DNA of 64,000 bases from a virus. The stretch is taken from the IMG/VR virus record IMGVR_UViG_3300005758_000132, positions 1 to 64,000 of that record; one strand, given 5' to 3'. Shown here one piece after another: positions 29,070 to 37,790 of this stretch. Both the position numbers and the translations under genes were made by a program. How positions within the stretch are numbered: the stretch's first letter is position 1; every line of letters begins with the position of its first letter. Below the pieces are notes generated by a model that was not told the DNA's origin, did no database searches, and saw nothing but the letters and a program-made list of their open reading frames with translations.

Positions 29070-29985
29070 GATAAAAAAGTCGCCAGCCGAAGACTCGATA
29101 GCTGGCTCGTGGATACAGGAGTCTGATTACGACGTCCTAGTGGACGAGGACGCTGAAATACGCGACGCAGATACTGGCGCAGTAGTCGCGCGACTTCGCA
29201 AAGCAGCCCTACCCGCGGAGCTATGCAAAACGGTTTGGCGTGATTTGAGAGAAAAACTAACTACTGATCCAGGTAATCGACTAACGGCAGTAGGCAATAC
29301 GACGTATTTAGCAAATAGCACTAACAAGCGCGCGCTACCGGGAGCGTCTACACCGAGCGGTCGAGTAGGAGACGCTAAAGGGCAGACACTGGGTTACATG
29401 GATCGATCGGTTCGACAACCGTTTTGTCGTCAGACAGCTTGGACGGCCGAAGAAGTAGAAGCTTGGGAAAGATTCGTGCCGTTCGCGCAAGCTGTAGATC
29501 GCGTTTACGCTAATACTATGCCCGAGCACTACGCCTTCCAGCGCGGAGTCGCGGATAAGTCGTCACAAGATTTTGTAATTAGCGACACCGCTTTCACAAC
29601 CGTCACAGCCAATAAAAACTTTCAGTGCGCAGTTCATAAAGACGCAGGAGATTTGCCCGGCGGCTTTGGCGTGATGACGCAATGGCGAGCCGGCGATTTT
29701 AAGGGAGGCGACATCGTGTTCCCAGAATACCGCGCCGCGATACGCTACGGCGCGACAGATGTTTTATTCGCCAACGTGCATCTATGGCACGGCGTATCCA
29801 AAATGATAGGTATAAAGAAAAAGTGGGAAAGGCTCGTCTGTGTTTTTTATTACAGAGACGGTATACAATTCTGCGGTACGGCAGCGGAAGAGCTTAAACG
29901 CGCTGCGCAGCGTAAAACAGGCGACCCGCTAAAGCGTGTACACATCGATCGCAATGATCCCCACGCGTCGGAGACGAAACTTTGA
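29056..29985 (+). CDS. TET/JBP-family Fe(II)/2-oxoglutarate dioxygenase
   Basis: GYMDR..PFCRQTAW, FTTVTANKNF..AVHKDAGD (HxD), WHG, RLVCVFYYR. Confidence 0.9.
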   Translation: MKIYEIKKSPAEDSIAGSWIQESDYDVLVDEDAEIRDADTGAVVARLRKAALPAELCKTVWRDLREKLTTDPGNRLTAVGNTTYLANSTNKRALPGASTPSGRVGDAKGQTLGYMDRSVRQPFCRQTAWTAEEVEAWERFVPFAQAVDRVYANTMPEHYAFQRGVADKSSQDFVISDTAFTTVTANKNFQCAVHKDAGDLPGGFGVMTQWRAGDFKGGDIVFPEYRAAIRYGATDVLFANVHLWHGVSKMIGIKKKWERLVCVFYYRDGIQFCGTAAEELKRAAQRKTGDPLKRVHIDRNDPHASETKL

Positions 29986-30638
29986 TAGGTCAAAGTGTTT
30001 TAGTTTTAGCCCCGCACGCGGACGACGAGGTTCTTGGCGCGGGCGGGTTATTAGCCCAATCGACAAGGAAAGGCGCTAAAGCTTTCGTCTGGGTAGCGTC
30101 AAGCTCTAATTACACCCGCGCAGACGGTAAAGAAGTTAGACGCGCCGACCGATTAGAAGAAGCAGAAAAAGCGGCACGCGTTCTAGGAGCTATACTGATC
30201 GGAGAAACCAAAGACGCAGAAGGTAATCTAGACGAGAAGGTTGGGCACCGCGCCTTAGTAAAAGTAATCGAAGATGTTATTCGAGCCGCTCAACCTCAGG
30301 TCGTAGTTATACCAGGCCCGAGCCACCATCAAGACCATCAGGCAGTACGGAAGGCGGCGCTGTCCGCTATGAGAGGCGGACAGCGAGGGCCGTCAGTCAT
30401 ACTGTCTTTCGAGTATCCGCCGAGCCCTTTCGTAGACCTGCCAGCCGGTAGGGTATTTGTAGAGCTAGAGCAGCTAGATATGAACGCCAAACTCGCTGCA
30501 TGGAGCTGTTATAAGAGCCAGCTCGGCTCGCACATGACAAGTCTTCAGATAGAGAACATGGCGCGAATGCGCGGATTAGAGGCTAAAGGCGACGGAATCG
30601 CGGAGCTATTCGCGCTAGAAAGGATGGTGCTTAAATGA
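29982..30638 (+). CDS. PIG-L/LmbE-family N-deacetylase
   Basis: APHADDEVLGAGG, RLEE, HQDH, KLAAWSCYKSQ. Confidence 0.9.
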   Translation: MIGQSVLVLAPHADDEVLGAGGLLAQSTRKGAKAFVWVASSSNYTRADGKEVRRADRLEEAEKAARVLGAILIGETKDAEGNLDEKVGHRALVKVIEDVIRAAQPQVVVIPGPSHHQDHQAVRKAALSAMRGGQRGPSVILSFEYPPSPFVDLPAGRVFVELEQLDMNAKLAAWSCYKSQLGSHMTSLQIENMARMRGLEAKGDGIAELFALERMVLK

Positions 30639-31399
30639 AGTGGCCGCATATCGCTATACCGTCATACAAGAGAAGTAGTACGCTTCTCAAAAAAACTCTT
30701 TTACTGCTTTCTCAAAATCGTGTTCCTCAAGAAATTGTGACTGTGTTTGTCGCGAACGAGCATGAGAAAAGCGCGTACGAAGAAGCGCTCGCCAGCGGTG
30801 GTTGGGGCAACGCGAAGATCGCTATAGGGGAGGTAGGAATGGGCGCCATTCGCCGCTTCATTGCTCGTTACTACCCAGAGGGTGATCATGTTCTGAATAT
30901 AGACGATGACGTGACTAGACTATTGGTTCGCGTCGACGATAAAAAAGTCTCTGACACGCCTCTGTCGGACGTTGTTTCGAGCGGATTTAGACTTCTCGCC
31001 AAGAGCGGACTTCGTTTATGGGGCGTCTACCCGAACAAGAATCCGTATTTCATGAAGCCTACAGTGTCAACGGATCTTAAATATATAAACGGAACATTGT
31101 GGGGAAATATCTCGAACCGCGACGATCGGCTGTTGGTGACGCTCGACGACAAGGAAGACTTCGAACGGTCTATACGATACTACGCGATCGACGGCGGAGT
31201 TGTTAGGCTAAACTACATTGCTACAGAGACCAAGTACTATACTGAACCTGGCGGTATGCAAGAGAGCCGAACCGAGCGAGGAATCACAGAGTCTGCGCAT
31301 AAACTTGTACGAATGTTCCCGCAGTTTTGCTCTATAAATAACGCGCGTAAAGGTCACACAGAGGTAAAGCTAGCAGACCGACGAGGCGCGAGAGTATGA
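30635..31399 (+). CDS. TET-associated GT-A fold glycosyltransferase
   Basis: IAIPSYKR, IDDD, KEDFERSI, GGVVRLN, PGGMQ. Confidence 0.88.
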   Translation: MKWPHIAIPSYKRSSTLLKKTLLLLSQNRVPQEIVTVFVANEHEKSAYEEALASGGWGNAKIAIGEVGMGAIRRFIARYYPEGDHVLNIDDDVTRLLVRVDDKKVSDTPLSDVVSSGFRLLAKSGLRLWGVYPNKNPYFMKPTVSTDLKYINGTLWGNISNRDDRLLVTLDDKEDFERSIRYYAIDGGVVRLNYIATETKYYTEPGGMQESRTERGITESAHKLVRMFPQFCSINNARKGHTEVKLADRRGARV

Positions 31400-31404
31400 G
31401 TACA

Positions 31405-31867
31405 AAACAGAAAAGCCCGAGTCACCGTGGGGTTGGCGATTCGGGCTTTTCTGTTAGCTCAAGGAGTCGCGGAGCGCTCGACCTGCGTACAAATCCGTGG
31501 GACCGGATCGGCGATCGAGCCAGGAGGGGTGAAGCAGGGTGGTGCTTCGTGATCCCTCCGGCGCGGCTAACCCTTCATTCGAAGAAGCTACCTAACAAAA
31601 GCTGTGCAACGCGGGAAGCAATGCAAGGTTGAGGAAAAGCGAACTGAGAGACATTCCCAAGTCAAAAGTCCTCAACGGTCAGCTATTCACAAGCTGGAAC
31701 AAACGTAAACCTCAAGCACCCAGTAGCGTAAGCCAAGAGTGGAGCAGCGTACGAAAGCGACAACGTGTGAAGTTATTAGAGAGCAAAAACAAATGACGCC
31801 TGCACAGATTTCGCCGTGCAAGGGGCTAGGACCTTCAGAGCGACACCGAAGCGCCGTCCCGAAGGTG
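31405..31867 (-). ncRNA. Candidate structured non-coding RNA (~460 nt), family unknown
   Basis: Consecutive hairpins whose imperfect pairs are G-U on the minus strand; C-UUCG-G tetraloop; bounded by a promoter and a terminator. Confidence 0.6.
31410..31451. terminator. Bidirectional intrinsic terminator
   Basis: GAAAAGCCCGA...TCGGGCTTTTC inverted repeat with T tracts on both strands at the convergence point. Confidence 0.8.
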
Positions 31868-31873
31868 AGGAGC

Positions 31874-31902
31874 CTTCTAGAGCAGACTTCCAGACGACGC
31901 AA
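31874..31902 (-). promoter_or_regulatory. Putative promoter of the ncRNA
   Basis: TTGCGT-N17-TAGAAG with an AT-rich inverted repeat upstream (about 31905..31931). Confidence 0.45.
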
Positions 31903-31937
31903 CAAAAAAGTTTCGTCAGCTTAAACTTTTTCGCAAG

Positions 31938-32126
31938 TCATTGATCGTTGGATGTTTTTTCGCTCGTTTCAGGAGCGTTTGGCGACGCTGGTGGTGGTGT
32001 CGCGTGTAGTCTTCGAACATGACAAAAGCACATCGCGTAAACTGATCGAGACTTGGAGACCGGGATCACAACGTATCCCAGGCCTCCACATTGAGTGCAG
32101 TTGCAGCTACACGGTGCCGCGCTCAT
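31938..32126 (-). CDS. Small zinc-finger protein
   Basis: CTQCGGLGY...CFC; coupled to the tube gene stop. Confidence 0.5.
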   Translation of the reverse strand: MSAAPCSCNCTQCGGLGYVVIPVSKSRSVYAMCFCHVRRLHATPPPASPNAPETSEKTSNDQ

Positions 32127-32560
32127 CAGGTCCCGACTCTATCGCCGGGTTCAGTTCTAACGGCCTTCCAGCTCATGTTCTCAGTGTATAAACCGCCCTC
32201 GTCGCAACGGAAGTTACGCCGGGTTGGCTTGCAGCCGAAAACACGCTCGACGACCTGATTGGTATCGTCATCGAGAATCTCAAAGGTCACCGCGGGGAAA
32301 CGCACAACATCCAGCGTTCCGCCCACCGGCCAAATCTTTTGATCAGAGCCGGGAAGCTGAACGATGCGGATCTGAGACACGGAAAACGTGACGCTGCGAC
32401 GCATGATCTTTAGCTCTTTGACGTCAACGTCGCCTAAAGCGCGGACGTCTGAAACCTCGATCTCCTCACTGCCGTCTAAGTTAGTTCCCCAGCCGATCTC
32501 CACGCCGTTTGCGAGGATACGAACAGTGGAGCCGCCAATAGTACGTCTCTCGATTGCCAT
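32126..32560 (-). CDS. Tail tube protein
   Basis: 144 aa directly after the sheath gene; beta-rich tube pattern ending ENMSWKA. Confidence 0.85.
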   Translation of the reverse strand: MAIERRTIGGSTVRILANGVEIGWGTNLDGSEEIEVSDVRALGDVDVKELKIMRRSVTFSVSQIRIVQLPGSDQKIWPVGGTLDVVRFPAVTFEILDDDTNQVVERVFGCKPTRRNFRCDEGGLYTENMSWKAVRTEPGDRVGT

Positions 32561-32578
32561 AGAATTCGCGTGCTCCTG

Positions 32579-35068
32579 TTAGATGGTGATCACAGCCGCG
32601 CTGCTTACAGAGGCGGGCTCAAGGATCAAGAAGTTGTTGGGAACCACAACGTTGTACTCGTAACCGATGCGAGTAGCGTCGCCAGCGGCAGACGTCTCCG
32701 CGTACGCAGAGTTCTCGACGTAGCGCGCAATAATCTTGGACCTAGCCTGATAACGCAGGCGGTCAACAGCTAGTCCAAGCAGACCTCTAGGATCTACGTC
32801 CACGTTCGCTGTACCGATGACGCCGGTCATGTACGCGCGAAGATCGCGAATCGACCAGTACGCGGACTCGTTAGCAGAGACCTCAATCTGATTGATATCG
32901 TCGCTGGCGCGATATGTAGTGATCGAGCGCGTCACCTTGAAGCCAAGGTTATCACGGCTGTATGTGACAACGCCTGCGTCAAGCAGCGCGTCAGCGTCGA
33001 TAGTTCCATCCCATGCGGCGTTAGAGCGCACATCCAACACGCGCGGCCGCTTGAAGGTGAGCGGAGCGCCGATACGAACGCAGCACTGCATCGCGGCTAG
33101 CTGAAGAGCTTGCCACATGGGCGAGAGCCACCGACGGTTGCCGTTACGATCAAGAACACGGATTTCCTGCGCCGCGAAAGCGATGTGGCGCGAGTTGTAC
33201 GCGACGGTCAGCGTATTGAGTTGATCAATAGTCTGATCCGCTTCAGCGCCCGCCCAAACGTTGCACTCGCGAGCACCTGCGCCTGCCATGTAGGCAGCGT
33301 GCGTGTGCGCGTCCTGGATAATCGTAGCGTCCTGCGAAAGCACAGCGAGAACAGATGTCTCGGTAAGACGTAGCGCCTCGAAACACGCGTCACGCGACAG
33401 TGAGGTTGTGGTTCCGGTCGTGCCGCCTCCGAGTGGAGTGCTGCTAAGCGCGTCAACGCGAAGATTCGCAAGCTCCGTCCAGCGATAAGCGTGATCACCA
33501 ATGGCGCTATACGGCATCGCAGTGGCCAGCACAGCTGCTTTCACCACGTCACCTGTTGCGAGCGTACCCGAGCCGCGCAGCAATGTGCATCCCGTGAACG
33601 ACGTAGCAGTCTTGCCAGTGTAGCTAACGTAAGCCGTGCCGCCGGAAAGCTCGATCGAAATAACGCCTGCGCTGGGCGCCCCAGTGGTGGACACTACGTC
33701 AATCGTCGATTGCGGAAGGATATCGCCGTTTGAGCCAACCGCCACCGTTGTCGCAAAGACGCTTTCTACGAGCTTGAAAAGAGCAATGCCGCCAGCATCG
33801 CCGCCGAGCGAGGTGGTGCTCAAGTCATTAACACCCAACGCAATCACGGTGCCCGCGGCTACGCCTGTGTAGTTGCCAAGCGCCAGACCGGTTGTGCCTG
33901 TCACGGCAGCGTATTCAGTATCGAGATCCCAATTAGGTTGCGTCGTACCCTCGACAAGCTCGGCTGAAACGTAAATAGACTCAGCGTTTACGCGACGCGC
34001 GAACTCGAAATTATCGCAACGGAGATTGATGGCGCCAACGGTCAAGTCGCTGGATTCCAAGATATCTAGCGCACCGAGTTCAAGCGACGGTGCGCGCGCG
34101 TTGAGCACCGTTGCGCTGACGTCCACGAAAGCGTTGATGACGTCAGCAACGCGCTTGAGCGTTGTTACGCCGTTTGCGCGATTCATCCGGACCTTGGTCC
34201 AAGATGCCGCGATGGTACCCGCGTAAGCGCCTACAGTGATCGAATCGACGCGGCTATACGCGTACGCCGTGGGCTTCGCCTCCACCTGTCCAATCGTGAA
34301 CGCCACCGTCTCAGTATGAGCAACGCCAGTGTCTGCGCGAATGCCTGTGACAGACACGTTAACTGTACCCACCGTCGCAACCGACGGGGTTAGCAAAACC
34401 TTAGACGCACACGCACGTCCGTCAGTGGCGATGGCTTCAGTAGCTCCTCCGGCCAGATTCTTCAGGACCGTGATTTGAACTTCGCCAACAGTCTTCTCGA
34501 CGAGGTCATCATAGTACGGCACAGCAGAGAGGAAGACGCCGTCAAAGTAAGCTCCGTCATACGAGACGCTCACGACCGGACCGCTTCCAAGATTTAGCAG
34601 CTGCTCAGTAGCGCCACTCTTGGTGACGGTAAGATCAAGTCGAAGCGGAGTCGCAGACGGCGTGAGCGTGACAGACAGCTGATTTCCGGTTTGTCCAGAC
34701 ACGCGTGAAGACAAGGTTGCGACCTGCTTGCCGTTCTCGTCATCCAGGCCAAGAGACGCAGCCGTCGAAGCCAGCGTGGAAGCTAAGAGGACCGTCTGCG
34801 GAGGACGCGTAATTCGAGCGTCAGCCGCTGGGTTGAACGCGATGTCAGCGATGAGCTGCGCCTCGTCAAAATCGCCGTAGGTGCTGAGAAGACGGCGCGA
34901 GCTAGTAAACTCTGCGACCTTGCCGTTCTCAAGCCATTCAAACTCGCCTACGATCGCAAGGACCTTATCGAGATTGCTCACCCCGCCCTGCGGGGTCTGG
35001 CGCGGGTCAGCGTAAACTCCGGGAACGCCGGTGGTGAAGCCGTTGTTGGTGATGATCTTCGTAGCCAT
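32579..35068 (-). CDS. Tail sheath protein
   Basis: PGVY N-terminus; PLTFK, LLDAGV, VTRSITTY, PNNFLI C-terminal sheath motifs. Confidence 0.92.
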   Translation of the reverse strand: MATKIITNNGFTTGVPGVYADPRQTPQGGVSNLDKVLAIVGEFEWLENGKVAEFTSSRRLLSTYGDFDEAQLIADIAFNPAADARITRPPQTVLLASTLASTAASLGLDDENGKQVATLSSRVSGQTGNQLSVTLTPSATPLRLDLTVTKSGATEQLLNLGSGPVVSVSYDGAYFDGVFLSAVPYYDDLVEKTVGEVQITVLKNLAGGATEAIATDGRACASKVLLTPSVATVGTVNVSVTGIRADTGVAHTETVAFTIGQVEAKPTAYAYSRVDSITVGAYAGTIAASWTKVRMNRANGVTTLKRVADVINAFVDVSATVLNARAPSLELGALDILESSDLTVGAINLRCDNFEFARRVNAESIYVSAELVEGTTQPNWDLDTEYAAVTGTTGLALGNYTGVAAGTVIALGVNDLSTTSLGGDAGGIALFKLVESVFATTVAVGSNGDILPQSTIDVVSTTGAPSAGVISIELSGGTAYVSYTGKTATSFTGCTLLRGSGTLATGDVVKAAVLATAMPYSAIGDHAYRWTELANLRVDALSSTPLGGGTTGTTTSLSRDACFEALRLTETSVLAVLSQDATIIQDAHTHAAYMAGAGARECNVWAGAEADQTIDQLNTLTVAYNSRHIAFAAQEIRVLDRNGNRRWLSPMWQALQLAAMQCCVRIGAPLTFKRPRVLDVRSNAAWDGTIDADALLDAGVVTYSRDNLGFKVTRSITTYRASDDINQIEVSANESAYWSIRDLRAYMTGVIGTANVDVDPRGLLGLAVDRLRYQARSKIIARYVENSAYAETSAAGDATRIGYEYNVVVPNNFLILEPASVSSAAVITI

Positions 35069-35092
35069 TATTAGCGCTCCTTGTTGCGTGAA

Positions 35093-35121
35093 AGCATGTG
35101 GGGCTGACCGCTCACTGTCAA
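35093..35121 (-). promoter_or_regulatory. Putative promoter upstream of the sheath gene
   Basis: TTGACA-N17-CATGCT, followed by AAGGAG RBS. Confidence 0.5.
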
Positions 35122-35128
35122 GTTGGCG

Positions 35129-35830
35129 TCACTGGTCGCGGGGTACGGCAAGTCCAGGTTCATTAGCCGCGTCAAAGGCGTCGAAGTGATGCACGCGCAC
35201 CGCGTTGACGTGCAGGGGTGGATCTGTGTCATCGAAGAGCTGCTCTGATATGCGTGTCAGCTCGCCTGTGACGCGCATGTAGCGTTGCATAAGACCAAGG
35301 AAGTTAGGATGCAGACCGGCAGCCATCGCCTCGGCAGGTCGTATATCTGCGCCATTTTCGACACCCATATTGGAGTAGCCGATGAGCTTAAACCATTTCA
35401 TTGAATCGTTGATGAGCTCTTGCGTAATGGTGTACAGCGCGCGGACTTCTGCTTTTGTTTTCGCGACAATCATGACTTCTATCGTAGACGTGTAAGTCGA
35501 TTTTCGGTTGCCACCGAAAGAGCTTTTTATTTTCTCGTCTACGAGGTCAATAATTATCGCTGGGAAATGCGTAGGACCTGGCGACGGCGATGTCGGCTGC
35601 TGAGCGATGCGTCCATCAATGATACCGTTATAATCCGTGCGCACAGCGCATCGCGGAACGCGCGCGCCATTTTCAAGCGGGAAGAGCCCGTTGTAGATAC
35701 CAGGCAGCGACGCGTCAGGAACTAGGCCCGTTAAACAGCTCACGAAACGCGCATATCCCTTTACGGGGTCACAGAACATCTGGAGGCCGTACTCTAGGCG
35801 GACAGCCATATGCGCGTCCATGTAGCTCAT
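35129..35830 (-). CDS. Putative tail terminator/completion protein
   Basis: Directly upstream of the sheath gene; FPAIIIDL pattern. Confidence 0.6.
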   Translation of the reverse strand: MSYMDAHMAVRLEYGLQMFCDPVKGYARFVSCLTGLVPDASLPGIYNGLFPLENGARVPRCAVRTDYNGIIDGRIAQQPTSPSPGPTHFPAIIIDLVDEKIKSSFGGNRKSTYTSTIEVMIVAKTKAEVRALYTITQELINDSMKWFKLIGYSNMGVENGADIRPAEAMAAGLHPNFLGLMQRYMRVTGELTRISEQLFDDTDPPLHVNAVRVHHFDAFDAANEPGLAVPRDQ

Positions 35831-36018
35831 AGCGCACCTTCCGCGGCCTTATCGAGCGCAGCGATCGTGGCGTCGTCATGGATGTCCTGAAGCATGAGAA
35901 GAAGGTGCATAACGTCTCCGTCAAGCTCGCCCCGTCGACGCGCGCTAGCGATAACGCGGAGCGCGCCTGGTAGGTCATTTCGATTCAACTTGGCAATTTC
36001 TTTATAGGTCTCGTTCAT
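35827..36018 (-). CDS. Hypothetical protein
   Basis: GAGGGG RBS; coupled to the next gene. Confidence 0.55.
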   Translation of the reverse strand: MNETYKEIAKLNRNDLPGALRVIASARRRGELDGDVMHLLLMLQDIHDDATIAALDKAAEGAL

Positions 36019-36025
36019 TTGCCCC

Positions 36026-37084
36026 TCATTTGTAGGATGCTGCGAGCTTGTTCAAGATGGCGGACATCTCAGTAGGCGTAATGCGCGAACCGTCATCTTT
36101 ACGAATCGCGTCAGCGAATCGCCAGAGGTGCTTGGTGACAGAATCGAGGTTGGCGGGTTGCGCTACCGTCTGTTCCATGCGCATACGAATCGCAGCCTCT
36201 GAAGCTGTCTTGGTAGCGTCTTTAATACCACCCACGGTGTCCGCCACCGCCGCTTTCAACACAGCGCGGTACTTGCCGTAAGTTCCCTCTACGTCCGCGT
36301 TGAAGGCGCGCTTGAGGATGTAAAGCGTAGCCATCTCCGTCGTGGCCTCTTCCAGCAGCGCTCCGGGACCGGAGTACATGCTGAGAATGTTCTCGCCCTC
36401 TTGGCTTTTGCTACATGAGTGAATGACCTCGTGCAGCACGGTGTGAAGGCTTGACGGAACGTTAGCCGCAGAGATGTCTGCGGCACCTGCGGTAGCCGGT
36501 GGCGAGAACTTAGGTTGTGACAACTGACTAGACGATAAGTTTATCCGACCTGAGTTCGGCTCAAACGAGCCATACACGTTTTTCGGTAACTTGATGACAA
36601 CAAGCTCTGTTGTCTGATGAAAGTTCTTCGGATCGCCCGTGTGCCTATTTGGGGTCATGCCGTAGCTGGCCACTAGCGTGTTGACCTCTTTCCGCAACTC
36701 CTGACCTAGCGCGTGCATCTCGTCTGGCGTCGTCTTAGCCTCAGCCATCCTAGACGCCAAATAGCTATACGTCTTTGGTAGGAACGGTCTAGCGTGGCAC
36801 CAGCCGCCATGGGTATGCGTCGCAGGTGCGTAGTTGACAGCCGCAGCCGCGCCGGCTTGCGGAGCGCTTTTAACTGCCTCGTGTACGGTGCCCCACGCTG
36901 ACTTGAGATCGGGATACCAGTACTCCGTTTTAGTGCCCACCTTTCGAAAATACCCGCCGTGCTTTGATCCAGGTACGGGGATGAAGCCTTTTGGCGGCGC
37001 GTTTTTTACGCGCAAATCGACAACAGCCGCTTTCACGATGACGTCTTCAGCCCAAGACTGAAGCTGCTGGTAGGTGGTTTTCAT
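36026..37084 (-). CDS. PPxG..WYP module protein with zincin metallopeptidase
   Basis: AGGAG RBS before ATG 37084; module, then HEVIH...LEEATTE. Confidence 0.75.
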   Translation of the reverse strand: MKTTYQQLQSWAEDVIVKAAVVDLRVKNAPPKGFIPVPGSKHGGYFRKVGTKTEYWYPDLKSAWGTVHEAVKSAPQAGAAAAVNYAPATHTHGGWCHARPFLPKTYSYLASRMAEAKTTPDEMHALGQELRKEVNTLVASYGMTPNRHTGDPKNFHQTTELVVIKLPKNVYGSFEPNSGRINLSSSQLSQPKFSPPATAGAADISAANVPSSLHTVLHEVIHSCSKSQEGENILSMYSGPGALLEEATTEMATLYILKRAFNADVEGTYGKYRAVLKAAVADTVGGIKDATKTASEAAIRMRMEQTVAQPANLDSVTKHLWRFADAIRKDDGSRITPTEMSAILNKLAASYK

Positions 37085-37115
37085 AGGCGAGTCTCCTGGT
37101 ATGGCGAACGCTACT

Positions 37116-37775
37116 TCAGAGCGCGTTCTTTTCCAAAATAGCTGCGGCAATATCCTGCGCCTCTTCACTCACCTGTCGCATAAAATGACGTGCCTTGATA
37201 CCCTTGTGGATCCACGGCTTGCCGTTTTGACTTATCGTGCGCCAGGTCATGTACATCGATCCACCGCCGGGAGTGGCGTTTGGTATGCGCACAAGGCCCG
37301 CTAGCGGGTCCGTGGCGTGGTAGGGATCGAGCTTTGGCGCCATTCCCTCCGGCAGACGATTGCGACTTGTGGGATACGGACCTAACGCGCGAGCAGCCTT
37401 TTCAGCCGCACTGCCTCCGTACTCGCGTATCTTGCGCGTTGTGATGCGGAACGGCACGTAGAGGTACAGGTGACCCTTCTTAGATCGCCTGATGGACTTC
37501 GTGGTCGTGCGGAGAAGCGTGTCCCGCATATCAAACGGTGTGACGCCATACTCGACCATCTGCGCGAGCTTTGGCTCGCTTTTAAGAACGAACGTGAGCG
37601 ACGTAAACGTAGTGCGGAAGTCCATCGCAGCTTGGTAAGCTGGCAGAGAAGACCGAAGCTCCCCTGTCAGCTCAAGCCACCGCTGAATCAAGGCACGCTT
37701 GATGAGGTGATGACGGACGGACAGCATGTCCTGCATCCACCCCTTCAGCTTAGCGAAAAAAGCCTTGTCAGCCAT
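37116..37775 (-). CDS. Neck/head-tail joining protein
   Basis: VEYGVTPFDMR...YMTWRTIS...WIHKGIKARHF, typical of SPO1-like neck genes. Confidence 0.65.
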   Translation of the reverse strand: MADKAFFAKLKGWMQDMLSVRHHLIKRALIQRWLELTGELRSSLPAYQAAMDFRTTFTSLTFVLKSEPKLAQMVEYGVTPFDMRDTLLRTTTKSIRRSKKGHLYLYVPFRITTRKIREYGGSAAEKAARALGPYPTSRNRLPEGMAPKLDPYHATDPLAGLVRIPNATPGGGSMYMTWRTISQNGKPWIHKGIKARHFMRQVSEEAQDIAAAILEKNAL

Positions 37776-37790
37776 AAGCTACCTCCAGCG

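Noticed and set aside
31405-31867. tmRNA, RNase P RNA or self-splicing intron identity for the structured region
   Set aside because: No tRNA-like ends or tag frame, no RNase P P4 consensus, and no interrupted gene or group II domain V recognised.
31396-31924. ORFs 31396..31632, 31687..31905 and 31739..31924
   Set aside because: The first runs through the terminator, none has recognisable motifs, and RNA structure explains the region better.
14170-35068. Extracellular contractile injection system or tailocin
   Set aside because: Capsid, portal, protease and terminase are present, so this is a phage tail.
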